A stretch of 64,000 bases of DNA, from contig CAWHWQ010000005.1 of the NCBI GenBank assembly GCA_963833095.1, positions 416,001-480,000 of the forward strand, given 5' to 3'. The DNA is from Vulcanimicrobiota bacterium (lineage in GTDB: Bacteria > Vulcanimicrobiota > Vulcanimicrobiia > Vulcanimicrobiales > Vulcanimicrobiaceae). A program made the translations under genes and the position numbers. Under the pieces are notes generated by a model that was given only the letters and a program-made list of their open reading frames with translations, made no database searches and was not told where the DNA came from. Numbering within the stretch: the first letter of the stretch is position 1; each line of letters starts with the position of its first letter. Shown here piece by piece: positions 10,901 through 19,966 of this stretch.

Positions 10901-11435
10901 TGCCATACACATCGACGCTTGCGACGTTGGGGATCTGACTGATCAGCGGCTTGATCTGATTGTTGACCAGGTCGGCGATCTGCGGCTGCGAGAGCGAGTC
11001 TGAGCTAACCGCAATGTCGAGGAGCGGCTCGCTGGCACCATTCTTATAGACGCCCGGAGGATCGAGATCCGTCGGCATGTAGACGCGCGCGGTGTCGACG
11101 CGTCGCTGCACGTCGACGGCGGCAAGATCCAAATCGGTGCCGAGTTTGAACTGCACGACGACCGACGCGGAGCCTTCTTGCGCGGTCGCGCTGACCTGAT
11201 CGAGATGATCGACGCCGTCGAGCTGGTCTTCGATCGGCTTGATGACCAGCTTCTCCATGTCTTGCGGCGAAGCGCCGGGGTACGATGCGTCGACCTCGAC
11301 GATAGGGAAGGTCGTTCCCGGAGGATTGTTGCTTCGCCCGAGTTCGAAATACGAGATTGTTCCAAAGATAACCAAAGCCACGAAAATCATGGCCGTGATC
11401 ACGGGGCGACTAATGGCGAAGCGGGTTAACCACAC
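7974..11435 (-). CDS. RND efflux transporter permease (AcrB/AcrD/AcrF family)
   Basis: YPGASP, GILVDDSIVVLEN, GLVAKNGILLVD, RFRPIIMT motifs. Confidence 0.93.
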   Translation of the reverse strand: MWLTRFAISRPVITAMIFVALVIFGTISYFELGRSNNPPGTTFPIVEVDASYPGASPQDMEKLVIKPIEDQLDGVDHLDQVSATAQEGSASVVVQFKLGTDLDLAAVDVQRRVDTARVYMPTDLDPPGVYKNGASEPLLDIAVSSDSLSQPQIADLVNNQIKPLISQIPNVASVDVYGTADREFHVFPDPVALAGTGATLEDIFSAVAANNNNVPGGIMTQPTREATVAIHAYIDHASDIAAIPLSPLSVLQYPVKSLKIGDVAHVEDGHVEMRSISHYNGLPRVYLSIGRDINSDEIKSTAIARDHMKAIETQFPQLKFTEIDAPADYTEKSLIGVGQSLIEGIILTAVVMLLFLHAWRNAVVVMVAIPTSILATFIVMRAFGFHIDTMSMMGLSLIIGILVDDSIVVLENITRHRDLGEDPMNAAINGRTEIGNAAIAITMVDVVVFLPVAFLPGIVGAYLKEFGAVIVIATLFSLLVSFTLTPLLAAKWSVKKRSEAAPAWLRALDNWVLNVAFLVAATLAFTLGTFLQVILLKVIGILIVAVLILNLFVHRYEALLEAYRTKWLPFGLEHGTFVIFTCTLLLVNSLLLVGGGTNAAAVDAVWLVVMTLCYVAARFMRGRSTGQPRGFAALGTYRPLTILTFVMPVVLAGAMVALGSISFDFVPQSQTGHINMTVTYPPGTPIGMTNSYVTKLENAILKIDGIKDVSSTVGRKPSGWGSSIGGNYARLGADMQENRRGQTNGAIEKIRKLAYLVPGGELQVAGDSGSGSGAQIFYALSGPEDEIAPAAEKVAAVLRATPGSVNVQTSAENGAPRLNVDVDSAKCAVVGVNPSDVANVARIAIDGAVATKVRTPTGLVNVRVQFPLSDRTDVDQLMDVRVRSNDGSLVPISSVATFTWTTAPTKIERLNRQRVINVLGDTLPGYSLGAVTGPLEAKLKQPGFLPQGVGTTAQGDTQFMQETFANMGIALLLSFMLVYMLMVILYGSFLEPLIVMFSVPMAIIGALIFLALMGRLEPEQGQSLNIISMLGIIMLFGLVAKNGILLVDYSNTLCKRGMRVKDAVLQSAATRFRPIIMTTAAMIFGMLPLALGFAEGGEWRQAIGTVIIGGLLSSLILTLFLVPMIYNTWMGFFERRGDRRAVAAELEGAPAAV

Positions 11436-11612
11436 GATGAAATCTCCGAGAAGAGCATACGCCTTCCATTACGACCGGGCGAACCCAGGTGTTTCGCTCC
11501 TTACGATTCAGAAGTGGGCCCGAAATGAGAACAGGGCCGGCAGAGCCGGTCCCGTTCCGTAGCTCCGAAGAGCACTTTCGTAGGGCGGCACCATCATAAC
11601 ACAAAGAAAAAC

Positions 11613-11733
11613 GCGCAAGACTGGGACGATTCGGCCGCCTTCGGCGGGCGCGCATCCTGCGCTCCGAACCTTCACCCACATCGTGTGGGTCCTCGAAGTC
11701 GCTTCGCGTTCGACTCTTCAGGCGTACGCACTA
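11613..11733 (-). repeat. tRNA-linked structured element ending in a 12-bp copy of the tRNA-Leu 3' end
   Basis: gcgcaagactgg at 11613-11624 equals tRNA positions 11768-11779. Internal hairpins (minus strand): ACCCACA-CGA-TGTGGGT, GCGCA-GGA-TGCGC, CCGCC-GAA-GGCGG. Confidence 0.6.
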
Positions 11734-11764
11734 AAAGAAAAGAGCCCCATGGGCTCTTTTCTTT
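11734..11764 (-). terminator. Intrinsic terminator downstream of tRNA-Leu
   Basis: Perfect inverted repeat AAAGAAAAGAGCCC-cat-GGGCTCTTTTCTTT with U-tracts on both strands. Confidence 0.8.
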
Positions 11765-11850
11765 GGTGCGCAAGACTGGACTCGAACCAGCACGAGATTG
11801 CTCCCGCTAGCCCCTCAAGCTAGTGCGTCTACCAATTCCGCCACTTGCGC
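11764..11850 (-). tRNA. tRNA-Leu (anticodon GAG)
   Basis: GCGCAAGTGGCGGAATTGGTAGACGCACTAGCTTGAGGGGCTAGCGGGAGCAATCTCGTGCTGGTTCGAGTCCAGTCTTGCGCACCA: full cloverleaf, long variable arm, encoded CCA. Confidence 0.97.
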
Positions 11851-11894
11851 ACAGAGGGCTTTTCCGGGTCGTCCATGAGGACAACTGGGCTAGT

Positions 11895-12845
11895 CTATAG
11901 CCTATTCATGTTCGGGTCAAGCGCATCGCGCAGGCCGTCGCCGATATAGTTGATCGCAAGCACGGTAATCAGGATGCAGAGGCCGGGGAAGACCGCCGCC
12001 CACCAGGCGATCTGGAGGTTGGACTGGGCGTTCGCGAGCATGTTGCCCCACGACGCCGTCGGGGGCTGGATCCCGAAGCCGAGGAACGAGAGGACCGATT
12101 CGATGAGGATGACGCCCGCCACGTCCAGCGTGGCCTGGACGATGATCGGCGCGACCGCGTTGGGCAACAGGTGCCGGAAGATGATCCGCAGGTCGCCGTT
12201 GCCGACCGCCCGGGCCGCCTCGGCGAACTCGCGCTCGCGCAGCACAGGAACGAGGCGCGCACGAGACGCGCGACCGTCGGCCACGAGAGCGCGCCGATGA
12301 TCAGGACGATCACCCCGAAGCTCAGCGACGGCTTTGTTCGAACTCGCCGCGACGATCGCGGTCAGCACGAGAAGCAGCGGCAGCAGCGGAATCGAGAGGA
12401 ACACGTCGGTGATGCGCATGATCACGCAATCGACCCAGCCGCCGTAGTAGCCGGCAATCGCGCCGAGCGATCGAGCCGATGATCACTTCCATGAGCACGG
12501 CGAAGATGGCGACTGTCAGCGAGATGCGCGCGCCGAAGAGCAGCCGCGAAAGCAGATCGCGGCCGATCTCGTCGGTGCCCGAGCGGATGTGCGCCGCACA
12601 GCGCGGAGTCTTGGAAGCACGGCGGCAAGCGGCGTCCCTTGCCAGTGGACGTTGTCGATGGCGTTCGGATCGAACGGCGCGAGCTGCATTTGCAAAGACG
12701 CGCACAGAGCGATCAGTCCTAAGCACGACAATGCCCGCGACCGCCAGTCGGTGGCGGCGCAGCCGCGTCCAGAACGTGACTTTTGAATAGACGGTGGTGT
12801 CTTCGTCTTCGATACGGTTGCGCGCTACGGAATGATCGCTGCCAT
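11895..12845 (-). CDS. Oligopeptide/dipeptide ABC transporter permease (OppC/DppC type), frameshifted in this sequence
   Basis: Fragments across frames: GTDEIGRDLLSRLLFGARISL, EFAEAARAVG, RHLLPNAVAP, LSFLGFG, GDGLRDALDP. Confidence 0.85.
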
Positions 12846-12850
12846 CACGA

Positions 12851-13840
12851 TCAGTCGTATTTCACGCGCGGATCGAGCCACGCGTAGACACGTCGGCGAG
12901 CAAGTTTGCAGAACACGACGAGCGAACGCCGACCATCACAGGTACCCCATCAACAGCGCGATATCGCTCTGCCGAACGCGTTGATAGAACAGGCGCCCCA
13001 TCCCGGGCCACGCGAAGATCGTCTCGGTCACGATCGCGCCGCCGACCACGCCGGGCAACGACAGCGCGACAATCGTCACGACCGGGATCAGCGCGTTCTT
13101 CAAGCCGTGCTTGAACAAGAATCGCGCGGAACGCTCAGACCTTTCGCCGCTGCGGTGCGCATGTAATCGGTGTTGAGTCACTTCGAGCAGCGACGAGCGC
13201 ATGAAGCGGCTATACAGCGCGAGGTTCAGCAGCGAGAGCACGATCACCGGCATGATCAAATGCTCGAGCGCGATCGCCCAAATCGAAGGTGTCGGTCGTA
13301 CTGAGATGCCCGCCGACGGCAAGACTGAATCATGTACCCGAACGGCAGCGGAATGCCGTGCACGGCGAACAGCAGCTGCATCATCAGGGCGAACCAGAAC
13401 ACCGGCATCGACTGGCCGAAGAACGCCAGCGTCGTAATGAAGTAGTCGAGCAAACGAGTACGGCTTGACGGCCGAGACGATGCCGGCGAAGACGCCGACG
13501 CGCAAGCGACACCACGATCGAGATGCCCATCAGCTCGAGCGTCGCGGGCAGCCGCTCGAGGAGCGCTTGCAGCACCGGCTCGGAGTTGCTGGTCGAATAG
13601 CCGAAGTCGCCGGTGCAAGAACGTGTCCCAGCCATACGAAGTAGCGGAACCGGAAGCGGCTTGTCCAGCCCGAGGTTATGCTTGAGCCGCTCGATATCGG
13701 CGGGGGTGATGTGCGGGTTCTGCAGGTACGGCGCGAGCGGTCCGCCCGGAGCGTTGTTGAGGATCACGAACAGGATCATCGAGATCAGCAGCAAGCAGCG
13801 GGATCGCCTGCAGCGTCCGGCGCACGACGTAGGTAAACAC
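12851..13840 (-). CDS. Oligopeptide/dipeptide ABC transporter permease (OppB/DppB type), frameshifted in this sequence
   Basis: Fragments: APGGPLA, LGLDKPL, GDFGYS, ERLPATLEL, RFMRSSLLEV, KHGLKNALIP, ETIFAWPGMG. Confidence 0.85.
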
Positions 13841-13880
13841 GGAGCGCGCCGCTAGTTAAGAGCCGCGGCTGCGGAAACCT

Positions 13881-14716
<836 letters not shown>

Positions 14717-14727
14717 GCGCTCACATT

Positions 14728-15000
14728 TCAGCGCGGCAGATGGAACTCCGCCCAGCAGGCGGATAGCACAATTGCCACCCTGAGGGCAACCAGCGACAGA
14801 TGCACCCATCCGCGCTCCGGAAAGCGTTCGAGCGTCCACGAAAACAAGTACGCTGCAAATGTATATACCGGAATGCGCCAATAACGCCAATACCATCCGC
14901 GTTCCAACGCTAGCGCGAACATTGTAATCAGTGCGACGACCGCAATTACATCGAAGAGCACGCGAAACGCGAAGATGATTCGTCTGGTAGAATCCGTCAT
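14728..15000 (-). CDS. Small hypothetical membrane protein
   Basis: 90-aa ORF with about 3 hydrophobic segments; fills the gap and overlaps the upstream stop by ATGA. Confidence 0.55.
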   Translation of the reverse strand: MTDSTRRIIFAFRVLFDVIAVVALITMFALALERGWYWRYWRIPVYTFAAYLFSWTLERFPERGWVHLSLVALRVAIVLSACWAEFHLPR

Positions 15001-16604
15001 TCAGACTCCATCGCACGGTACGCAGCGTCGATCACGCGCGCATCAGTACCCAGCAGCGATGCCAGGGCGATCGCATCGGCTCCTTGCTGACGCTCGCCGC
15101 GGACCTCTTTCAACGTATAATCCATCGACGCGGCCAACGTTTCCAGCGCCTGGGCAAGATTATCGGTAGCCGGCGCTCGGGGAATGCCGCGCAGACCGCG
15201 GACAGCATAGTGCCGTGCGCCGGTCGCCTTGGTGACGCCGCTCAGGTGCGTCGCGGCAAGCGCGCACGCATGCATCTCACGTAACCGCTCGATCACTGCG
15301 ACTAGCAACGCTCTCCCTTCGCGCGGCGTCGTCGTACGCGCGAATTCATCGAGCAACACGAGACGCGGCATCGCCGAGCGCTCGAGCAAGTCGCGCAAAC
15401 GTACGACTTCGCGCGCAAACGAGGAAAGCAGCGATCCGTCGCGTTCCTGGTCGCTCCCGACGCCCAGCCACGCGATCTCGGCGAAGAGCGCCGTCTGGGC
15501 TTGCCGCGCCGGGACAGGTAGACCAAAAGCCACGCAGAGCGCGATGAACCCGCAGGTTCGCAAACACGCACTCTTTCCACCCATGTTCGGCCCGGTGACA
15601 ACCGCCACGTCGTCGAGTCGCAGGTCGATCGGCGTAAATGCCCGGCCTTCGCGCTGCAATTCCATTTCAAGCGGAAGAAAACGTGCGCCCTCGAAGCTGA
15701 GGATGCCGCTGCTCTCGACGACTGGGACCGAGCAGCGATGGGCGCGCGCGAACCGCGCCGCCGCAACGAGTACGTCGCACTCGCCGAAGGATCGCATCGC
15801 GCTCTCGAGCGACGCTACGTGGGTCCGTATCGTGATTGAGAGCTGCTCGCGAACGCGCGCTTCGGCGCGCGCGACCTCTGCGGCAGCATCGTCACGCCGG
15901 CGAAGAGCGGCTAGCACCCCGTCGTCCGCATCGAGTTCGCAAAGAAGATAGGTCGGCGCTTCGCGTACGACGCGAACGCCGGAGGGTAGCGGCCCGCGGA
16001 GGTCATCGCGCATCACGATGAACTCGGGTAGCGAAATCTCGCGATCGAGCGCAACTGCAACCGTGGCAGCCGAGCGGCCGCGGGCGGCGTCGTATTCGGC
16101 TTGCGCTTGCCCGAGCGCTGCGCGGGTCGTCGCGAGCGCGACATCAAACGCGTCATCGAGATAGAATCCAAATCCGCTCGTACGGCCGCGTTCAAGCGCG
16201 CGGGCACATTCGCGAACTGCCGGACTCACCGCTGGAGAAAGATCGGCGCAGCCGGCAATCAGGATATCGAGAGCATCGCAGGCATCGAAGAAGCGCTGGA
16301 GTTCCAAAAACTTCGCGTCGTCGAGCGCGTCGCCCATCGCTGCGCGCGCGACTGCCGAACTCGCGTCAGGAGCCCGGCGCGCAATCTCGCGCGCCATGTC
16401 GAGCTGCGCTTCATCCAGCGTCTCGGCGATGCGCGCGATGCGCGCGGCGCGAGCAGCCGCCTGTGTCTCTTGACCCGGCAAAAACGGTTCGAGCGTGGCG
16501 AACTGTTGCTCGCCATACGAGCCTGCGGGCGCGAGTGCATCGCGCAACCAGGCAAAGCCGACCGCGTGCGCGCTTGCCGCATCGAATAACGCTCCCGTCT
16601 TCAT
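14997..16604 (-). CDS. kamC: MutS-domain ATPase, KamC-like (lysine 5,6-aminomutase reactivase ATPase)
   Basis: TGPNMGGKS Walker A, LLSSFAREV, LLDEFARTT, ATHL, MDY C-terminus; no mismatch-binding or Smr domain; lies between the kamB-like gene and kce. Confidence 0.7.
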   Translation of the reverse strand: MKTGALFDAASAHAVGFAWLRDALAPAGSYGEQQFATLEPFLPGQETQAAARAARIARIAETLDEAQLDMAREIARRAPDASSAVARAAMGDALDDAKFLELQRFFDACDALDILIAGCADLSPAVSPAVRECARALERGRTSGFGFYLDDAFDVALATTRAALGQAQAEYDAARGRSAATVAVALDREISLPEFIVMRDDLRGPLPSGVRVVREAPTYLLCELDADDGVLAALRRRDDAAAEVARAEARVREQLSITIRTHVASLESAMRSFGECDVLVAAARFARAHRCSVPVVESSGILSFEGARFLPLEMELQREGRAFTPIDLRLDDVAVVTGPNMGGKSACLRTCGFIALCVAFGLPVPARQAQTALFAEIAWLGVGSDQERDGSLLSSFAREVVRLRDLLERSAMPRLVLLDEFARTTTPREGRALLVAVIERLREMHACALAATHLSGVTKATGARHYAVRGLRGIPRAPATDNLAQALETLAASMDYTLKEVRGERQQGADAIALASLLGTDARVIDAAYRAMESE

Positions 16605-17497
16605 GCGGCACACTCGCCTGCATACACATCAAAAGTCGGAAGACCCGTTGCGCTCGCGACCGCGCGCGCGAACTCGCGTGGCTCAAAGTTGCGATCGTGA
16701 CTGGCCGAAGCGACGGTAGCCGCAATGACGCGTAGCGGGCGTTCGCAGCGGATCGTTAGATGTTCGAAGGCGTGCAGGGCGGCTTTCCCGGCCAGCGCAA
16801 CCTGCGTCGGATCCCGCACGACGATGGTACGCTGCTCGCGCTCGCGGATCAACTGTGCCGCAATTGCGGGGGTCAGCGCGCCATCGATCGAGAGAACATC
16901 GCCCGCGCCGCCGAAGCGCGGCGTGCGCAAGCGAGCGACGAGCGCGCGCGCGTCATCAACTGCTTCCTGAAACGTCGGCGCCGCGGCCGCCCCACACGAG
17001 ACGACGATCGCATCGTCGCCACCGGCAAGCGCCGCGATGCGATCGAACGCTCCGTCGACGAGTACCCGCGGCGCCATCTGCAGTAAATCGCGCACGACGG
17101 CGCGCACTGCCGATGCATTTGGCGGACCGACCAATTCGTAGTGCGTGCCGCTGCGAACGCGTGCGTACACGAGCGCGCCCGCAGCCGTGTGGTGCGGCGT
17201 GAGTGCCAGCAATTCGCTTGCCGGAGAGGATGGAAGCACGTTGCGGGCCGTGCCGATAATTGTCGGTGGCTCGAGCCAGAGGCGGGGCTTGGCTGCGGCA
17301 TCGGCGATGTCGAATGCCTCGCCGTCGCGCCCGACTGAGGTCAAGCCGCATACAATATCCGAATCTGCGCACGCGCGGTAGATCGCGCGCAAAGCGACCG
17401 TCTTGCCGACGTTCTTTCCGGTACCCACCACAAAGAGCGAGCGCAGGCCGCTCTGACTCCAAAGCTCGAGGATCGACTCGCCGGCATGCACGCGCAT
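16601..17497 (-). CDS. kamB: KamB-like protein (lysine 5,6-aminomutase reactivase subunit)
   Basis: GTGKNVGKT, GLTSVGRDGE, KPRL, LVDGAFDR motifs; start re-assigned to MRVHAGES at 17497; ATGA-coupled to the kamC-like gene. Confidence 0.65.
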   Translation of the reverse strand: MRVHAGESILELWSQSGLRSLFVVGTGKNVGKTVALRAIYRACADSDIVCGLTSVGRDGEAFDIADAAAKPRLWLEPPTIIGTARNVLPSSPASELLALTPHHTAAGALVYARVRSGTHYELVGPPNASAVRAVVRDLLQMAPRVLVDGAFDRIAALAGGDDAIVVSCGAAAAPTFQEAVDDARALVARLRTPRFGGAGDVLSIDGALTPAIAAQLIREREQRTIVVRDPTQVALAGKAALHAFEHLTIRCERPLRVIAATVASASHDRNFEPREFARAVASATGLPTFDVYAGECAA

Positions 17498-17511
17498 AGC
17501 CGCGGCTTTTC

Positions 17512-18066
17512 CTAGCCGGCGTGCAAAACCTTGAGCACGATGAATGTGGCGCCGGTCAGCGCAAGCAGTATGCCCGCAAGCATCTCGGATCCGTCTTCCA
17601 CTCGCGATCCCAACAAGCGACCCAGGCGCAGCCCCAGGAGCGTCGCGATCACCGAGACGATTCCGATGACGACCAGACACAAGCCGACCGGCACGCCGAC
17701 GAAAAGGATCGAAAAGCCGATGCCGAGCGAATCGAGGCTGATCGCCAGGGACGCGACCAGTAGTCCCCATCCGCTGGTCACGATAGGTGGCTTGCGTTCG
17801 CCCATGTTACTTCGCGCCTCGAGGATCATATACGAGCCGACGGCAATGAGCGCGGCGAAACCGACGTAGCCGGCCGCGTCTCCGATGAGGCGGCCCGTCA
17901 CTGCGCCCAGGGCAGCGCCGACGCAATTCATGACGATCTCCGCGCAGGGAAACGCGATCGCGATTCGCAGGCGCTCTTGCGGCGTAGCACCGCGCATCCC
18001 CAGGCCAACGCTGACGGCAAACACGTCCAGCGCAAGCGAGATCGCGATGAAGAGGATCTTGATCAG
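17512..18066 (-). CDS. mntP: Manganese efflux pump MntP family
   Basis: LALDVFAVSVG and AISLDSLGIG duplicated motifs, about 6 TM segments. The N-terminus extends upstream of GTG 18024 with no canonical start. Confidence 0.85.
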   Translation of the reverse strand: MIKILFIAISLALDVFAVSVGLGMRGATPQERLRIAIAFPCAEIVMNCVGAALGAVTGRLIGDAAGYVGFAALIAVGSYMILEARSNMGERKPPIVTSGWGLLVASLAISLDSLGIGFSILFVGVPVGLCLVVIGIVSVIATLLGLRLGRLLGSRVEDGSEMLAGILLALTGATFIVLKVLHAG

Positions 18067-18485
18067 AAGATTTGGGCGCTGGAGAGCGAGTCGCGCTTGG
18101 AAAGTAAGTGCGTGACGGCAGAACGCAGTTGCGAGATCGTGAAGGGTTTGTTGAGGAAGAGGTTAGCGCCGGCGCTCTTCGCGCGGCCATCCATCGCGTA
18201 GTTGGTGTGGCCGGAGATCATCAATATCGGCACCCCGCGCGTTCCTTCTTTGGATCGCAGTCGCTCGACCAGGTCGATGCCCGAGATTCCGGGCAGCATA
18301 AAGTCGCAGATGATGATGTCGAACGGGCCCTGCCGGTCGACGGCGACGAGCGCGCTCTCAGCATCATTGCACATAACCATTTCGTACGGCCCCTTTCGCA
18401 GGACCGTATCGACCAGCGTGCAGATCGCCGGATCGTCATCCGCGATCAGCACCCGCCAGTTACGCTGAGTCATCTCCTCAGCCAT
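18063..18485 (-). CDS. Single-domain response regulator (receiver)
   Basis: VLIADDD, DFMLPGISG, ISGH, FLNKPF. Confidence 0.92.
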   Translation of the reverse strand: MAEEMTQRNWRVLIADDDPAICTLVDTVLRKGPYEMVMCNDAESALVAVDRQGPFDIIICDFMLPGISGIDLVERLRSKEGTRGVPILMISGHTNYAMDGRAKSAGANLFLNKPFTISQLRSAVTHLLSKRDSLSSAQIF

Positions 18486-18511
18486 TCGGGTATGTCACTA
18501 GCACGCCTCGG

Positions 18512-18536
18512 CTACCCATGTGAGGGTTCGGTAAAC
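18512..18536 (-). promoter_or_regulatory. Possible SigB/SigF-type promoter for the response regulator
   Basis: GTTT-N15-GGGTAG on the minus strand, 26 nt upstream of ATG 18485. Confidence 0.3.
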
Positions 18537-18610
18537 TTTCGATAATGATCCCGGCCCCAGACGCGTTTTCCTGCGGCGGAGCCGCCTTCTCCGAGGCGAA
18601 TAGGCGCGGC

Positions 18611-19504
18611 ATGGCCATCATCGATCGACTCCTCGCGCCCGGTTCCGGCTTTCAGAAAAACTTCTTTTTTCTCGCCAAGCGCTTTGTTGCGGGCGAAACG
18701 ATCGAATCTGCCATCGCCGCCGTTGCCGAGCTCAATGCCGCGGGGATGACGGCGACGCTGGACTACCTCGGCGAAGACGTCCTCGAACGCGACGCGGCGA
18801 TCGCGACGCGCGAGGCCTATATCGCGGTGCTCGAGCGCGTCCACCAGAGCGGCGTGGAGAGCAACGTCTCGGTGAAAATGACCGCGATGGGCCTGTTGAT
18901 CGATCAGGCTTTCGGGCTGGCGAACCTCACCGGTATCGCACGTTTTGCGCAGCGTAACCCCGACCCATTCGTACGCATCGACATGGAAGGCTCCGCGGTC
19001 ACACAAGCGACACTGGATCTCTTCGAGCGCGCCTATGCGACCGACAAGAATGTCGGCATCGTGCTGCAAGCCTACCTCAAGCGCACGCCAGCCGACGTCG
19101 CAGGCGCTATTGCGCTTGGCGCGCGCGTGCGATTGTGCAAAGGCGCGTACAACGAGCCGCCGGAGATCGCAATCAAAGAGATGCCCGTGATTCGCGCGCA
19201 GTACCTGACGCTTGCAAAGGAACTGCTCGAACGCGGGAACTACCCGGCGCTTGCGACGCACGATCGCGAGCTGATCGACGAGATTCGCGCCTACGTGCGC
19301 GAACGCGGCATTCCACGCGACGGTTTCGAATTTCAAATGTTGTACGGGTGCCGCCCACAGCTACAGCGCGAGCTCGTCGCGGAGGGATATCGTATGCGGG
19401 TCTACGTTCCATACGGAACGCATTGGGCCGGCTACTTCTACCGGCGCGTGCTAGAGCGGCGCGAGAATGCGCTCTTTGCGCTTTCATCCATGTGGTCGAG
19501 ATAG
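18611..19504 (+). CDS. Proline dehydrogenase (monofunctional)
   Basis: RFVAGE, LDYLGE, RIDME, LQAYLKR, RLCKGAY, ATHD, FQMLYG, YVPYG, RRVLER. Confidence 0.93.
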   Translation: MAIIDRLLAPGSGFQKNFFFLAKRFVAGETIESAIAAVAELNAAGMTATLDYLGEDVLERDAAIATREAYIAVLERVHQSGVESNVSVKMTAMGLLIDQAFGLANLTGIARFAQRNPDPFVRIDMEGSAVTQATLDLFERAYATDKNVGIVLQAYLKRTPADVAGAIALGARVRLCKGAYNEPPEIAIKEMPVIRAQYLTLAKELLERGNYPALATHDRELIDEIRAYVRERGIPRDGFEFQMLYGCRPQLQRELVAEGYRMRVYVPYGTHWAGYFYRRVLERRENALFALSSMWSR

Positions 19505-19516
19505 GCATCAAGCGCG

Positions 19517-19966
19517 ATGCGTGCCGTCGTCCAGCGCGTCTTGCGCGCCAGCGTGCGCGTCGATGAACGCATTATCGGAAGCATCGACTCGGGCTTTGTT
19601 GTTTTACTCGGGGTCGCCGTCGCTGATCGCGAGGACGATGCGCGAGCAATGGCTGAAAAGATCGCGAATCTGCGGATCTTTCCCGACGAAGCCGGCCTCA
19701 TGAACCGCAGCGTGCTCGAAACGGGCGGCGCGATCTTACTCGTCTCGCAATTCACGCTGTACGGCGATGCTCGCAAGGGGCGACGTCCGTCGTTTATTTC
19801 AGCCGCGAAGGAGCCGCTGGCAAGCGATCTCTACGAACGCACCGGGCGAGATCTTGAGCGGCTCGGCCTGCACGTGGAATACGGCGAATTCGGAGCCGAC
19901 ATGCAGGTCGAGCTGGTCAACGACGGCCCGGTGACGATTTTACTCGACTCCGAAAAGGCGTTTTAA
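19517..19966 (+). CDS. dtd: D-aminoacyl-tRNA deacylase
   Basis: [26 protein letters not shown]. Confidence 0.97.
   Translation: MRAVVQRVLRASVRVDERIIGSIDSGFVVLLGVAVADREDDARAMAEKIANLRIFPDEAGLMNRSVLETGGAILLVSQFTLYGDARKGRRPSFISAAKEPLASDLYERTGRDLERLGLHVEYGEFGADMQVELVNDGPVTILLDSEKAF

Noticed and set aside
11764..11850. Prophage or genomic island integrated at tRNA-Leu
   Set aside because: No integrase or phage genes, and the 3'-end duplicate is only about 150 bp away.
14997..16604. MutS/MutS2 DNA repair gene
   Set aside because: It lacks mismatch-binding and Smr domains, and the context (kamB-like gene, kce) fits KamC.
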